Notes under the pieces: generated by a model
What the model was told of the DNA's origin: nothing
The model's database searches: none
The model's input: only the letters and a program-made list of their open reading frames with translations
In this document: piece after piece, positions 27,101 through 42,000 of the stretch
How positions within the stretch are numbered: the stretch's first letter is position 1
Layout: every line of letters begins with the position of its first letter
Translations under genes and position numbers: made by a program
Source: Auanema rhodensis
Lineage: Eukaryota > Animalia > Nematoda
Length of the DNA: 64,000 bases
NCBI GenBank assembly: GCA_964057225.1
Contig: OZ059896.1
Location: 23,250,001-23,314,000 of the forward strand
Direction of reading: 5' to 3'

Positions 27101-28336
27101 ATGTCTTTGAAATTTACGTGAACTTTAATTTATGCTAATTAAATGTACACGTGATGTGCACTTGGTATGTAACTCGCTTCACGTGAAAGATAAAGAGATG
27201 CGGTTTTCAAAATTAGATTCCCCATTTCCATATTAGTCTAAAAACAAATTTTTATTAATATTGGTTCATGGTAACCATGTCTTTGAAATTTACGTGAACT
27301 TTAATTTATGCTAATTAAATGTACACGTGATGTTCACTTGGTATGTAACTCGCTTCACGTGAAAGATAAAGAGATGCGGTTTTCAAAATTAGATTCCCCA
27401 TGTCCATATTAGTCTAAAAACAAATTTTTATTGATATTGGTTCATGGTAACCATGATTTTGAAATTTACGTGAACTTTAATTTATGCTAATTAAATGTAC
27501 ACGTGATGTGCATTTGGTATGTAACTCGCTTCACGTGAAAGATAAAGAAATGCGGTTTTCAAAATTAGATTCCCCATGTCCATTTTAGTCTAAAAACAAA
27601 TTTTTATTGATATTGGTTCATGGTAACCATGACTTTGAAATTTACGTGAACTTTAATTTATGCTAATTAAATGTACACGTGATGTGCACTTGGTATGTAA
27701 CTCGCTTCACGTGAAAGATAAAGAGATGCGGTTTTCAAAATTAGATTCCCCATGTCCATATTAGTCTAAAAACAAATTTTTATCAATATTGGTTCATGGT
27801 AACCATGTCTTTGAAATTTACGTGAACTTTAATTTATGCTAATTAAATGTACACGTGATGTGCTCTTGGTATGTAACTCGCTTCACGTGAAAGATAAAGA
27901 GATGCGGTTTTCAAAATTAGATTCCCCATGTCCATTTTAGTCTAAAAACAAATTTTTATTGATATTGGTTCATGGTAACCATGACTTTGAAATTTACGTG
28001 AACTTTAATTTATGCTAATTAAATGTACACGTGATGTGCACTTGGTATGTAACTCGCTTCACGTGAAAGATAAAGAGATGCGGTTTTCAAAATTAGATTC
28101 CCCATGTCCATTTTAGTCTAAAAACAAATTTTTATTGATATTGGTTCATGGTAACCATGACTTTGAAATTTACGTGAACTTTAATTTATGCTAATTAAAT
28201 GTACACGTGATGTGCTCTTGGTATGTAACTCGCTTCACGTGAAAGATAAAGAGATGCGGTTTTCAAAATTAGATTCCCCATTTCCATATTAGTCTAAAAA
28301 CAAATTTTTATTAATATTGGTTCATGGTAACCATGT
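24113..28336. repeat. 14-monomer (2464-bp) tandem duplication
   Basis: M138-M147 match M152-M161 in marker order: A18C (24130/26594), A56T, A128T, G122T, G54T, C1T/C57T/G93A, T152C, and so on. Confidence 0.9.
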
Positions 28337-29744
28337 CTTTGAAATTTACGTGAAATTTAATTTATGCTAATTAAATGTACACGTGATGTGCACTTGGTAT
28401 GTAACTCGCTTCACGTGAAAGATAAAGAGATGCGGTTTTCAAAATTAGATTCCCCATGTCCATATTAGTCTAAAAACAATATTTTATTAATATTGGTTCA
28501 TGGTAACCATGTCTTTGAAATTTACGTGAACTTTAATTTATGCTAATTAAATGTACACGTGATGTGCTCTTGGTATGTAACTCGCTTCACGTGAAAGATA
28601 AAGAGATGCGGTTTTCAAAATTAGATTCCCCATGTCCATATTAGTCTAAAAACAAATTTTTATTAATATTGGTTCATGGTAACCATGTCTTTGAAATTTA
28701 CGTGAACTTTAATTTATGCTAATTAAATGTACACGTGATGTGCACTTGGTATGTAACTCGCTTCACGTGAAAGATAAAGAGATGCGGTTTTCAAAATTAG
28801 ATTCCCCATGTCCATATTAGTCTAAAAACAAATTTTTATTGATATTGGTTCATGGTAACCATGACTTTGAAATTTACGTGAACTTTAATTTATGCTAATT
28901 AAATGTACACGTGATGTGCACTTGGTATGTAACTCGCTTCACGTGAAAGATAAAGAGATGCGGTTTTCAAAATTAGATTCCCCATGTCCATATTAGTCTA
29001 AAAACAAATTTTTATTGATATTGGTTCATGGTAACCATGACTTTGAAATTTACGTGAACTTTAATTTATGCTAATTAAATGTACACGTGATGTGCACTTG
29101 GTATGTAACTCGCTTCACGTGAAAGATAAAGAGATGCGGTTTTCAAAATTAGATTCCCCATGTCCATATTAGTCTAAAAACAAATTTTTATTAATATTGG
29201 TTAATGGTAACCATGACTTTGAAATTTACGTGAACTTTAATTTATGCTAATTAAATGTACACGTGATGTGCACTTGGTATGTAACTCGCTTCACGTGAAA
29301 GATAAAGAGATGCGGTTTTCAAAATTAGATTCCCCATGTCCATATTAGTCTAAAAACAAATTTTTATTAATATTGGTTCATGGTAACCATGTCTTTGAAA
29401 TTTACGTGAACTTTAATTTATGCTAATTAAATGTACACGTGATGTGCACTTGGTATGTAACTCGCTTCACGTGAAAGATAAAGAGATGCGGTTTGCAAAA
29501 TTAGATTCCCCATGTCCATATTAGTCTAAAAACAAATTTTTATTAATATTGGTTCATGGTAACCATGTCTTTGAAATTTACGTGACCTTTAATTTATGCT
29601 AATTAAATGTACACGTGATGTGCACTTGGTATGTAACTCGCTTCACGTGAAAGATAAAGAGATGCGGTTTTCAAAATTAAATTCCCCATGTCCATATTAG
29701 TCTAAAAACAAATTTTTATTAATATTGGTTCATGGTAACCATGT

Positions 29745-32736
29745 CTTTGAAATTTACGTGAACTTTAATTTATGCTAATTAAATGTACACGTGATGTGCA
29801 CTTGGTATGTAACTCGCTTCACGTGAAAGATAAAGAGATGCGGTTTTCAAAATTAGATTCCCCATGTCCATATTAGTCTAAAAACAAATTTTTATCAATA
29901 TTGGTTCATGGTAACCATGTCTTTGAAATTTACGTGAACTTTAATTTATGCTAATTAAAAGTACACGTGATGTGCTCTTGGTATGTAACTCGCTTCACGT
30001 GAAAGATAAAGAGATGCGGTTTTCAAAATTAGATTCCCCATGTCCATTTTAGTCTAAAAACAAATTTTTATTGATATTGGTTCATGGTAACCATGACTTT
30101 GAAATTTACGTGAACTTTAATTTATGCTAATTAAATGTACACGTGATGTGCACTTGGTATGTAACTCGCTTCACGTGAAAGATAAAGAGATGCGGTTTTC
30201 AAAATTAGATTCCCCATTTCCATATTAGTCTAAAAACAAATTTTTATTAATATTGGTTCATGGTAACCATGTCTTTGAAATTTACGTGAACTTTAATTTA
30301 TGCTAATTAAATGTACACGTGATGTTCACTTGGTATGTAACTCGCTTCACGTGAAAGATAAAGAGATGCGGTTTTCAAAATTAGATTCCCCATGTCCATT
30401 TTAGTCTAAAAACAAATTTTTATTGATATTGGTTCATGGTAACCATGACTTTGAAATTTACGTGAACTTTAATTTATGCTAATTAAATGTACACGTGATG
30501 TGCTCTTGGTATGTAACTCGCTTCACGTGAAAGATAAAGAGATGCGGTTTTCAAAATTAGATTCCCCATGTCCATATTAGTCTAAAAACAAATTTTTATT
30601 AATATTGGTTCATGGTAACCATGTCTTTGAAATTTACGTGAAATTTAATTTATGCTAATTAAATGTACACGTGATGTGCACTTGGTATGTAACTCGCTTC
30701 ACGTGAAAGATAAAGAGATGCGGTTTTCAAAATTAGATTCCCCATGTCCATATTAGTCTAAAAACAATATTTTATTAATATTGGTTCATGGTAACCATGT
30801 CTTTGAAATTTACGTGAACTTTAATTTATGCTAATTAAATGTACACGTGATGTGCTCTTGGTATGTAACTCGCTTCACGTGAAAGATAAAGAGATGCGGT
30901 TTTCAAAATTAGATTCCCCATGTCCATTTTAGTCTAAAAACAAATTTTTATTGATATTGGTTCATGGTAACCATGTCTTTGAAATTTACGTGAACTTTAA
31001 TTTATGCTAATTAAATGTACACGTGATGTGCACTTGGTATGTAACTCGCTTCACGTGAAAGATAAAGAGATGCGGTTTTCAAAATTAGATTCCCCATGTC
31101 CATATTAGTCTAAAAACAAATTTTTATTAATATTGGTTCATGGTAACCATGTCTTTGAAATTTACGTGAACTTTAATTTATGCTAATTAAATGTACACGT
31201 GATGTGCTCTTGGTATGTAACTCGCTTCACGTGAAAGATAAAGAGATGCGGTTTTCAAAATTAGATTCCCCATGTCCATATTAGTCTAAAAACAAATTTT
31301 TATTAATATTGGTTCATGGTAACCATGTCTTTGAAATTTACGTGAACTTTAATTTATGCTAATTAAATGTACACGTGATGTGCATTTGGTATGTAACTCG
31401 CTTCACGTGAAAGATAAAGAAATGCGGTTTTCAAAATTAGATTCCCCGTGTCCATTTTAGTCTAAAAACAAATTTTTATTGATATTGGTTCATGGTAACC
31501 ATGACTTTGAAATTTACGTGAACTTTAATTTATGCTAATTAAATGTACACGTGATGTGCACTTGGTATGTAACTCGCTTCACGTGAAAGATAAAGAGATG
31601 CGGTTTTCAAAATTAGATTCCCCATGTCCATATTAGTCTAAAAACAAATTTTTATCAATATTGGTTCATGGTAACCATGTCTTTGAAATTTACGTGAACT
31701 TTAATTTATGCTAATTAAATGTACACGTGATGTGCTCTTGGTATGTAACTCGCTTCACGTGAAAGATAAAGAGATGCGGTTTTCAAAATTAGATTCCCCA
31801 TGTCCATTTTAGTCTAAAAACAAATTTTTATTGATATTGGTTCATGGTAACCATGACTTTGAAATTTACGTGAACTTTAATTTATGCTAATTAAATGTAC
31901 ACGTGATGTGCACTTGGTATGTAACTCGCTTCACGTGAAAGATAAAGAGATGCGGTTTTCAAAATTAGATTCCCCATTTCCATATTAGTCTAAAAACAAA
32001 TTTTTATTAATATTGGTTCATGGTAACCATGTCTTTGAAATTTACGTGAACTTTAATTTATGCTAATTAAATGTACACGTGATGTTCACTTGGTATGTAA
32101 CTCGCTTCACGTGAAAGATAAAGAGATGCGGTTTTCAAAATTAGATTCCCCATGTCCATTTTAGTCTAAAAACAAATTTTTATTGATATTGGTTCATGGT
32201 AACCATGACTTTGAAATTTACGTGAACTTTAATTTATGCTAATTAAATGTACACGTGATGTGCTCTTGGTATGTAACTCGCTTCACGTGAAAGATAAAGA
32301 GATGCGGTTTTCAAAATTAGATTCCCCATGTCCATATTAGTCTAAAAACAAATTTTTATTAATATTGGTTCATGGTAACCATGTCTTTGAAATTTACGTG
32401 AAATTTAATTTATGCTAATTAAATGTACACGTGATGTGCACTTGGTATGTAACTCGCTTCACGTGAAAGATAAAGAGATGCGGTTTTCAAAATTAGATTC
32501 CCCATGTCCATATTAGTCTAAAAACAATATTTTATTAATATTGGTTCATGGTAACCATGTCTTTGAAATTTACGTGAACTTTAATTTATGCTAATTAAAT
32601 GTACACGTGATGTGCTCTTGGTATGTAACTCGCTTCACGTGAAAGATAAAGAGATGCGGTTTTCAAAATTAGATTCCCCATGTCCATATTAGTCTAAAAA
32701 CAAATTTTTATTAATATTGGTTCATGGTAACCATGT
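29745..32736. repeat. Block repeated at a 10-monomer (1760-bp) offset
   Basis: M170-M176 resemble M180-M186: T152C, A56T+A128T, G122T, G54T+A128T, A56T, C19A+CAATATTTT, A56T. Confidence 0.85.
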
Positions 32737-33088
32737 CTTTGAAATTTACGTGAACTTTAATTTATGCTAATTAAATGTACACGTGATGTGCACTTGGTAT
32801 GTAACTCGCTTCACGTGAAAGATAAAGAGATGCGGTTTTCAAAATTAGATTCCCCATGTCCATATTAGTCTAAAAACAAATTTTTATTGATATTGGTTCA
32901 TGGTAACCATGACTTTGAAATTTACGTGAACTTTAATTTATGCTAATTAAATGTACACGTGATGTGCACTTGGTATGTAACTCGCTTCACGTGAAAGATA
33001 AAGAGATGCGGTTTTCAAAATTAGATTCCCCATGTCCATATTAGTCTAAAAACAAATTTTTATTGATATTGGTTCATGGTAACCATGA

Positions 33089-36000
33089 CTTTGAAATTTA
33101 CGTGAACTTTAATTTATGCTAATTAAATGTACACGTGATGTGCACTTGGTATGTAACTCGCTTCACGTGAAAGATAAAGAGATGCGGTTTTCAAAATTAG
33201 ATTCCCCATGTCCATATTAGTCTAAAAACAAATTTTTATTAATATTGGTTAATGGTAACCATGACTTTGAAATTTACGTGAACTTTAATTTATGCTAATT
33301 AAATGTACACGTGATATGCACTTGGTATGTAACTCGCTTCACGTGAAAGATAAAGAGATGCGGTTTTCAAAATTAGATTCCCCATGTCCATATTAGTCTA
33401 AAAACAAATTTTTATTAATATTGGTTCATGGTAACCATGTCTTTGAAATTTACGTGAACTTTAATTTATGCTAATTAAATGTACACGTGATGTGCACTTG
33501 GTATGTAACTCGCTTCACGTGAAAGATAAAGAGATGCGGTTTTCAAAATTAGATTCCCCATTTCCATATTAGTCTAAAAACAAATTTTTATTAATATTGG
33601 TTCATGGTAACCATGTCTTTGAAATTTACGTGAACTTTAATTTATGCTAATTAAATGTACACGTGATGTGCACTTGGTATGTAACTCGCTTCACGTGAAA
33701 GATAAAGAGATGCGGTTTTCAAAATTAGATTCCCCATGTCCATATTAGTCTAAAAACAAATTTTTATTAATATTGGTTCATGGTAACCATGTCTTTGAAA
33801 TTTACGTGACCTTTAATTTATGCTAATTAAATGTACACGTGATGTGCACTTGGTATGTAACTCGCTTCACGTGAAAGATAAAGAGATGCGGTTTTCAAAA
33901 TTAAATTCCCCATGTCCATATTAGTCTAAAAACAAATTTTTATTAATATTGGTTCATGGTAACCATGTCTTTGAAATTTACGTGAACTTTAATTTATGCT
34001 AATTAAATGTACACGTGATGTGCTCTTGGTATGTAACTCGCTTCACGTGAAAGATAAAGAGATGCGGTTTTCAAAATTAGATTCCCCATGTCCATATTAG
34101 TCTAAAAACAAATTTTTATTAATATTGGTTCATGGTAACCATGTCTTTGAAATTTACGTGAACTTTAATTTATGCTAATTAAATGTACACGTGATGTGCA
34201 CTTGGTATGTAACTCGCTTCACGTGAAAGATAAAGAGATGCGGTTTTCAAAATTAGATTCCCCATGTCCATATTAGTCTAAAAACAAATTTTTATTGATA
34301 TTGAGTTCATGGTAACCATGACTTTGAAATTTACGTGAACTTTAATTTATGCTAATTAAATGTACACGTGATGTGCACTTGGTATGTAACTCGCTTCACG
34401 TGAAAGATAAAGAGATGCGGTTTTCAAAATTAGATTCCCCATTTCCATATTAGTCTAAAAACAAATTTTTATTAATATTGGTTCATGGTAACCATGTCTT
34501 TGAAATTTACGTGAACTTTAATTTATGCTAATTAAATGTACACGTGATGTGCACTTGGTATGTAACTCGCTTCACGTGAAAGATAAAGAGATGCGGTTTT
34601 CAAAATTAGATTCCCCATGTCCATATTAGTCTAAAAACAAATTTTTATTGATATTGGTTCATGGTAACCATGTCTTTGAAATTTACGTAAACTTTAATTT
34701 ATGCTAATTAAATGTACACGTGATGTGCACTTGGTATGTAACTCGCTTCACGTGAAAGATAAAGAGATGCGGTTTTCAAAATTAGATTCCCCATGTCCAT
34801 TTTAGTCTAAAAACAAATTTTTATTGATATTGGTTCATGGTAACCATGACTTTGAAATTTACGTGAACTTTAATTTATGCTAATTAAATGTACACGTGAT
34901 GTGCACTTGGTATGTAACTCGCTTCACGTGAAAGATAAAGAGATGCGGTTTTCAAAATTAGATTCCCCATGTCCATATTAGTCTAAAAACAAATTTTTAT
35001 TGATATTGGTTCATGGTAACCATGTCTTTGAAATTTACGTAAACTTTAATTTATGCTAATTAAATGTACACGTGATGTGCACTTGGTATGTAACTCGCTT
35101 CACGTGAAAGATAAAGAGATGCGGTTTTCAAAATTAGATTCCCCATGTCCATTTTAGTCTAAAAACAAATTTTTATTGATATTGGTTCATGGTAACCATG
35201 ACTTTGAAATTTACGTGAACTTTAATTTATGCTAATTAAATGTACACGTGATGTGCACTTGGTATGTAACTCGCTTCACGTGAAAGATAAAGAGATGCGG
35301 TTTTCAAAATTAGATTCCCCATGTCCATATTAGTCTAAAAACAAATTTTTATTGATATTGGTTCATGGTAACCATGACTTTGAAATTTACGTGAACTTTA
35401 ATTTATGCTAATTAAATGTACACGTGATGTGCACTTGGTATGTAACTCGCTTCACGTGAAAGATAAAGAGATGCGGTTTTCAAAATTAGATTCCCCATGT
35501 CCATATTAGTCTAAAAACAAATTTTTATTGATATTGGTTCATGGTAACCATGACTTTGAAATTTACGTGAACTTTAATTTATGCTAATTAAATGTACACG
35601 TGATGTGCACTTGGTATGTAACTCGCTTCACGTGAAAGATAAAGAGATGCGGTTTTCAAAATTAGATTCCCCATGTCCATATTAGTCTAAAAACAAATTT
35701 TTATTAATATTGGTTCATGGTAACCATGACTTTGAAATTTACGTGAACTTTAATTTATGCTAATTAAATGTACACGTGATGTGCACTTGGTATGTAACTC
35801 GCTTCACGTGAAAGATAAAGAGATGCGGTTTTCAAAATTAGATTCCCCATGTCCATATTAGTCTAAAAACAAATTTTTATTAATATTGGTTCATGGTAAC
35901 CATGTCTTTGAAATTTACGTGAACTTTAATTTATGCTAATTAAATGTACACGTGATGTGCACTTGGTATGTAACTCGCTTCACGTGAAAGATAAAGAGAT

Positions 36001-39000
36001 GCGGTTTTCAAAATTAGATTCCCCATGTCCATATTAGTCTAAAAACAAATTTTTATTAATATTGGTTCATGGTAACCATGTCTTTGAAATTTACGTGAAC
36101 TTTAATTTATGCTAATTAAATGTACACGTGATGTGCACTTGGTATGTAACTCGCTTCACGTGAAAGATAAAGAGATGCGGTTTTCAAAATTAGATTCCCC
36201 ATGTCCATATTAGTCTAAAAACAAATTTTTATTAATATTGGTTCATGGTAACCATGTCTTTGAAATTTACGTGAACTTTAATTTATGCTAATTAAATGTA
36301 CACGTGATGTGCACTTGGTATGTAACTCGCTTCACGTGAAAGATAAAGAGATGCGGTTTTCAAAATTAGATTCCCCATGTCCATATTAGTCTAAAAACAA
36401 ATTTTTATTAATATTGGTTCATGGTAACCATGACTTTGAAATTTACGTGAACTTTAATTTATGCTAATTAAATGTACACGTGATGTGCACTTGGTATGTA
36501 ACTCGCTTCACGTGAAAGATAAAGAGATGCGGTTTTCAAAATTAGATTCCCCATGTCCATATTAGTCTAAAAACAAATTTTTATTAATATTGGTTCATGG
36601 TAACCATGTCTTTGAAATTTACGTGAACTTTAATTTATGCTAATTAAATGTACACGTGATGTGCACTTGGTATGTAACTCGCTTCACGTGAAAGATAAAG
36701 AGATGCGGTTTTCAAAATTAGATTCCCCATGTCCATATTAGTCTAAAAACAAATTTTTATTAATATTGGTTCATGGTAACCATGTCTTTGAAATTTACGT
36801 GAACTTTAATTTATGCTAATTAAATGTACACGTGATGTGCACTTGGTATGTAACTCGCTTCACGTGAAAGATAAAGAGATGCGGTTTTCAAAATTAGATT
36901 CCCCATGTCCATATTAGTCTAAAAACAAATTTTTATTGATATTGGTTCATGGTAACCATGACTTTGAAATTTACGTGAACTTTAATTTATGCTAATTAAA
37001 TGTACACGTGATGTGCACTTGGTATGTAACTCGCTTCACGTGAAAGATAAAGAGATGCGGTTTTCAAAATTAGATTCCCCATGTCCATATTAGTCTAAAA
37101 ACAAATTTTTATTGATATTGGTTCATGGTAACCATGACTTTGAAATTTACGTGAACTTTAATTTATGCTAATTAAATGTACACGTGATGTGCACTTGGTA
37201 TGTAACTCGCTTCACGTGAAAGATAAAGAGATGCGGTTTTCAAAATTAGATTCCCCATGTCCATATTAGTCTAAAAACAAATTTTTATTGATATTGGTTC
37301 ATGGTAACCATGACTTTGAAATTTACGTGAACTTTAATTTATGCTAATTAAATGTACACGTGATGTGCACTTGGTATGTAACTCGCTTCACGTGAAAGAT
37401 AAAGAGATGCGGTTTTCAAAATTAGATTCCCCATGTCCATATTAGTCTAAAAACAAATTTTTATTAATATTGGTTCATGGTAACCATGTCTTTGAAATTT
37501 ACGTGAACTTTAATTTATGCTAATTAAATGTACACGTGATGTGCACTTGGTATGTAACTCGCTTCACGTGAAAGATAAAGAGATGCGGTTTTCAAAATTA
37601 GATTCCCCATGTCCATATTAGTCTAAAAACAAATTTTTATTAATATTGGTTCATGGTAACCATGTCTTTGAAATTTACGTGAACTTTAATTTATGCTAAT
37701 TAAATGTACACGTGATGTGCACTTGGTATGTAACTCGCTTCACGTGAAAGATAAAGAGATGCGGTTTTCAAAATTAGATTCCCCATGTCCATATTAGTCT
37801 AAAAACAAATTTTTATTAATATTGGTTCATGGTAACCATGTCTTTGAAATTTACGTGACCTTTAATTTATGCTAATTAAATGTACACGTGATGTGCACTT
37901 GGTATGTAACTCGCTTCACGTGAAAGATAAAGAGATGCGGTTTTCAAAATTAGATTCCCCATGTCCATATTAGTCTAAAAACAAATTTTTATTAATATTG
38001 GTTCATGGTAACCATGACTTTGAAATTTACGTGAACTTTAATTTATGCTAATTAAATGTACACGTGATGTGCACTTGGTATGTAACTCGCTTCACGTGAA
38101 AGATAAAGAGATGCGGTTTTCAAAATTAGATTCCCCATGTCCATATTAGTCTAAAAACAAATTTTTATTAATATTGGTTCATGGTAACCATGTCTTTGAA
38201 ATTTACGTGAACTTTAATTTATGCTAATTAAATGTACACGTGATGTGCACTTGGTATGTAACTCGCTTCACGTGAAAGATAAAGAGATGCGGTTTTCAAA
38301 ATTAGATTCCCCATGTCCATATTAGTCTAAAAACAAATTTTTATTAATATTGGTTCATGGTAACCATGTCTTTGAAATTTACGTGAACTTTAATTTATGC
38401 TAATTAAATGTACACGTGATGTGCACTTGGTATGTAACTCGCTTCACGTGAAAGATAAAGAGATGCGGTTTTCAAAATTAGATTCCCCATGTCCATATTA
38501 GTCTAAAAACAAATTTTTATTATTATTGGTTAATGGTAACCATGACTTTGAAATTTACGTGAACTTTAATTTATGCTAATTAAATGTACACGTGATGTGC
38601 ACTTGGTATGTAACTCGCTTCACGTGAAAGATAAAGAGATGCGGTTTTCAAAATTAGATTCCCCATGTCCATATTAGTCTAAAAACAAATTTTTATTAAT
38701 ATTGGTTCATGGTAACCATGTCTTTGAAATTTACGTGAACTTTAATTTATGCTAATTAAATGTACACGTGATGTGCACTTGGTATGTAACTCGCTTCACG
38801 TGAAAGATAAAGAGATGCGGTTTTCAAAATTAGATTCCCCATGTCCATATTAGTCTAAAAACAAATTTTTATTAATATTGGTTCATGGTAACCATGTCTT
38901 TGAAATTTACGTGAACTTTAATTTATGCTAATTAAATGTACACGTGATGTGCACTTGGTATGTAACTCGCTTCACGTGAAAGATAAAGAGATGCGGTTTT

Positions 39001-42000
39001 CAAAATTAGATTCCCCATGTCCATATTAGTCTAAAAACAAATTTTTATTAATATTGGTTCATGGTAACCATGTCTTTGAAATTTACGTGACCTTTAATTT
39101 ATGCTAATTAAATGTACACGTGATGTGCACTTGGTATGTAACTCGCTTCACGTGAAAGATAAAGAGATGCGGTTTTCAAAATTAAATTCCCCATGTCCAT
39201 ATTAGTCTAAAAACAAATTTTTATTAATATTGGTTCATGGTAACCATGTCTTTGAAATTTACGTGAACTTTAATTTATGCTAATTAAATGTACACGTGAT
39301 GTGCTCTTGGTATGTAACTCGCTTCACGTGAAAGATAAAGAGATGCGGTTTTCAAAATTAGATTCCCCATGTCCATATTAGTCTAAAAACAAATTTTTAT
39401 TAATATTGGTTCATGGTAACCATGTCTTTGAAATTTACGTGAACTTTAATTTATGCTAATTAAATGTACACGTGATGTGCACTTGGTATGTAACTCGCTT
39501 CACGTGAAAGATAAAGAGATGCGGTTTTCAAAATTAGATTCCCCATGTCCATATTAGTCTAAAAACAAATTTTTATTGATATTGAGTTCATGGTAACCAT
39601 GACTTTGAAATTTACGTGAACTTTAATTTATGCTAATTAAATGTACACGTGATGTGCACTTGGTATGTAACTCGCTTCACGTGAAAGATAAAGAGATGCG
39701 GTTTTCAAAATTAGATTCCCCATTTCCATATTAGTCTAAAAACAAATTTTTATTAATATTGGTTCATGGTAACCATGTCTTTGAAATTTACGTGAACTTT
39801 AATTTATGCTAATTAAATGTACACGTGATGTGCACTTGGTATGTAACTCGCTTCACGTGAAAGATAAAGAGATGCGGTTTTCAAAATTAGATTCCCCATG
39901 TCCATATTAGTCTAAAAACAAATTTTTATTGATATTGGTTCATGGTAACCATGTCTTTGAAATTTACGTAAACTTTAATTTATGCTAATTAAATGTACAC
40001 GTGATGTGCACTTGGTATGTAACTCGCTTCACGTGAAAGATAAAGAGATGCGGTTTTCAAAATTAGATTCCCCATGTCCATTTTAGTCTAAAAACAAATT
40101 TTTATTGATATTGGTTCATGGTAACCATGACTTTGAAATTTACGTGAACTTTAATTTATGCTAATTAAATGTACACGTGATGTGCACTTGGTATGTAACT
40201 CGCTTCACGTGAAAGATAAAGAGATGCGGTTTTCAAAATTAGATTCCCCATGTCCATATTAGTCTAAAAACAAATTTTTATTGATATTGGTTCATGGTAA
40301 CCATGACTTTGAAATTTACGTGAACTTTAATTTATGCTAATTAAATGTACACGTGATGTGCACTTGGTATGTAACTCGCTTCACGTGAAAGATAAAGAGA
40401 TGCGGTTTTCAAAATTAGATTCCCCATGTCCATATTAGTCTAAAAACAAATTTTTATTGATATTGGTTCATGGTAACCATGACTTTGAAATTTACGTGAA
40501 CTTTAATTTATGCTAATTAAATGTACACGTGATGTGCACTTGGTATGTAACTCGCTTCACGTGAAAGATAAAGAGATGCGGTTTTCAAAATTAGATTCCC
40601 CATGTCCATATTAGTCTAAAAACAAATTTTTATTAATATTGGTTCATGGTAACCATGACTTTGAAATTTACGTGAACTTTAATTTATGCTAATTAAATGT
40701 ACACGTGATGTGCACTTGGTATGTAACTCGCTTCACGTGAAAGATAAAGAGATGCGGTTTTCAAAATTAGATTCCCCATGTCCATATTAGTCTAAAAACA
40801 AATTTTTATTAATATTGGTTCATGGTAACCATGTCTTTGAAATTTACGTGAACTTTAATTTATGCTAATTAAATGTACACGTGATGTGCACTTGGTATGT
40901 AACTCGCTTCACGTGAAAGATAAAGAGATGCGGTTTTCAAAATTAGATTCCCCATGTCCATATTAGTCTAAAAACAAATTTTTATTAATATTGGTTAATG
41001 GTAACCATGTCTTTGAAATTTACGTGAACTTTAATTTATGCTAATTAAATGTACACGTGATGTGCACTTGGTATGTAACTCGCTTCACGTGAAAGATAAA
41101 GAGATGCGGTTTTCAAAATTAGATTCCCCATGTCCATATTAGTCTAAAAACAAATTTTTATCAATATTGGTTCATGGTAACCATGACTTTGAAATTTACG
41201 TGAACTTTAATTTATGCTAATTAAATGTACACGTGATGTGCACTTGGTATGTAACTCGCTTCACGTGAAAGATAAAGAGATGCGGTTTTCAAAATTAGAT
41301 TCCCCATGTCCATATTAGTCTAAAAACAAATTTTTATTAATATTGGTTCATGGTAACCATGTCTTTGAAATTTACGTGAACTTTAATTTATGCTAATTAA
41401 ATGTACACGTGATGTGCACTTGGTATGTAACTCGCTTCACGTGAAAGATAAAGAGATGCGGTTTTCAAAATTAGATTCCCCATGTCCATATTAGTCTAAA
41501 AACAAATTTTTATTGATATTGGTTCATGGTAACCATGACTTTGAAATTTACGTGAACTTTAATTTATGCTAATTAAATGTACACGTGATGTGCACTTGGT
41601 ATGTAACTCGCTTCACGTGAAAGATAAAGAGATGCGGTTTTCAAAATTAGATTCCCCATGTCCATATTAGTCTAAAAACAAATTTTTATTGATATTGGTT
41701 CATGGTAACCATGACTTTGAAATTTACGTGAACTTTAATTTATGCTAATTAAATGTACACGTGATGTGCACTTGGTATGTAACTCGCTTCACGTGAAAGA
41801 TAAAGAGATGCGGTTTTCAAAATTAGATTCCCCATGTCCATATTAGTCTAAAAACAAATTTTTATTGATATTGGTTCATGGTAACCATGACTTTGAAATT
41901 TACGTGAACTTTAATTTATGCTAATTAAATGTACACGTGATGTGCACTTGGTATGTAACTCGCTTCACGTGAAAGATAGAGAGATGCGGTTTTCAAAATT

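Larger units (their letters stand above)
17777..33088. repeat. Satellite domain B (M102-M188): mixed A153/T176 and G153/A176 monomers, T162 fixed
   Basis: First A153 at 17929 and first T176 at 17952. New markers: A56T, A128T, G122T, G54T, A18C, T152C, C19A+AT144-145TA, C57T+G93A. Confidence 0.88.
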
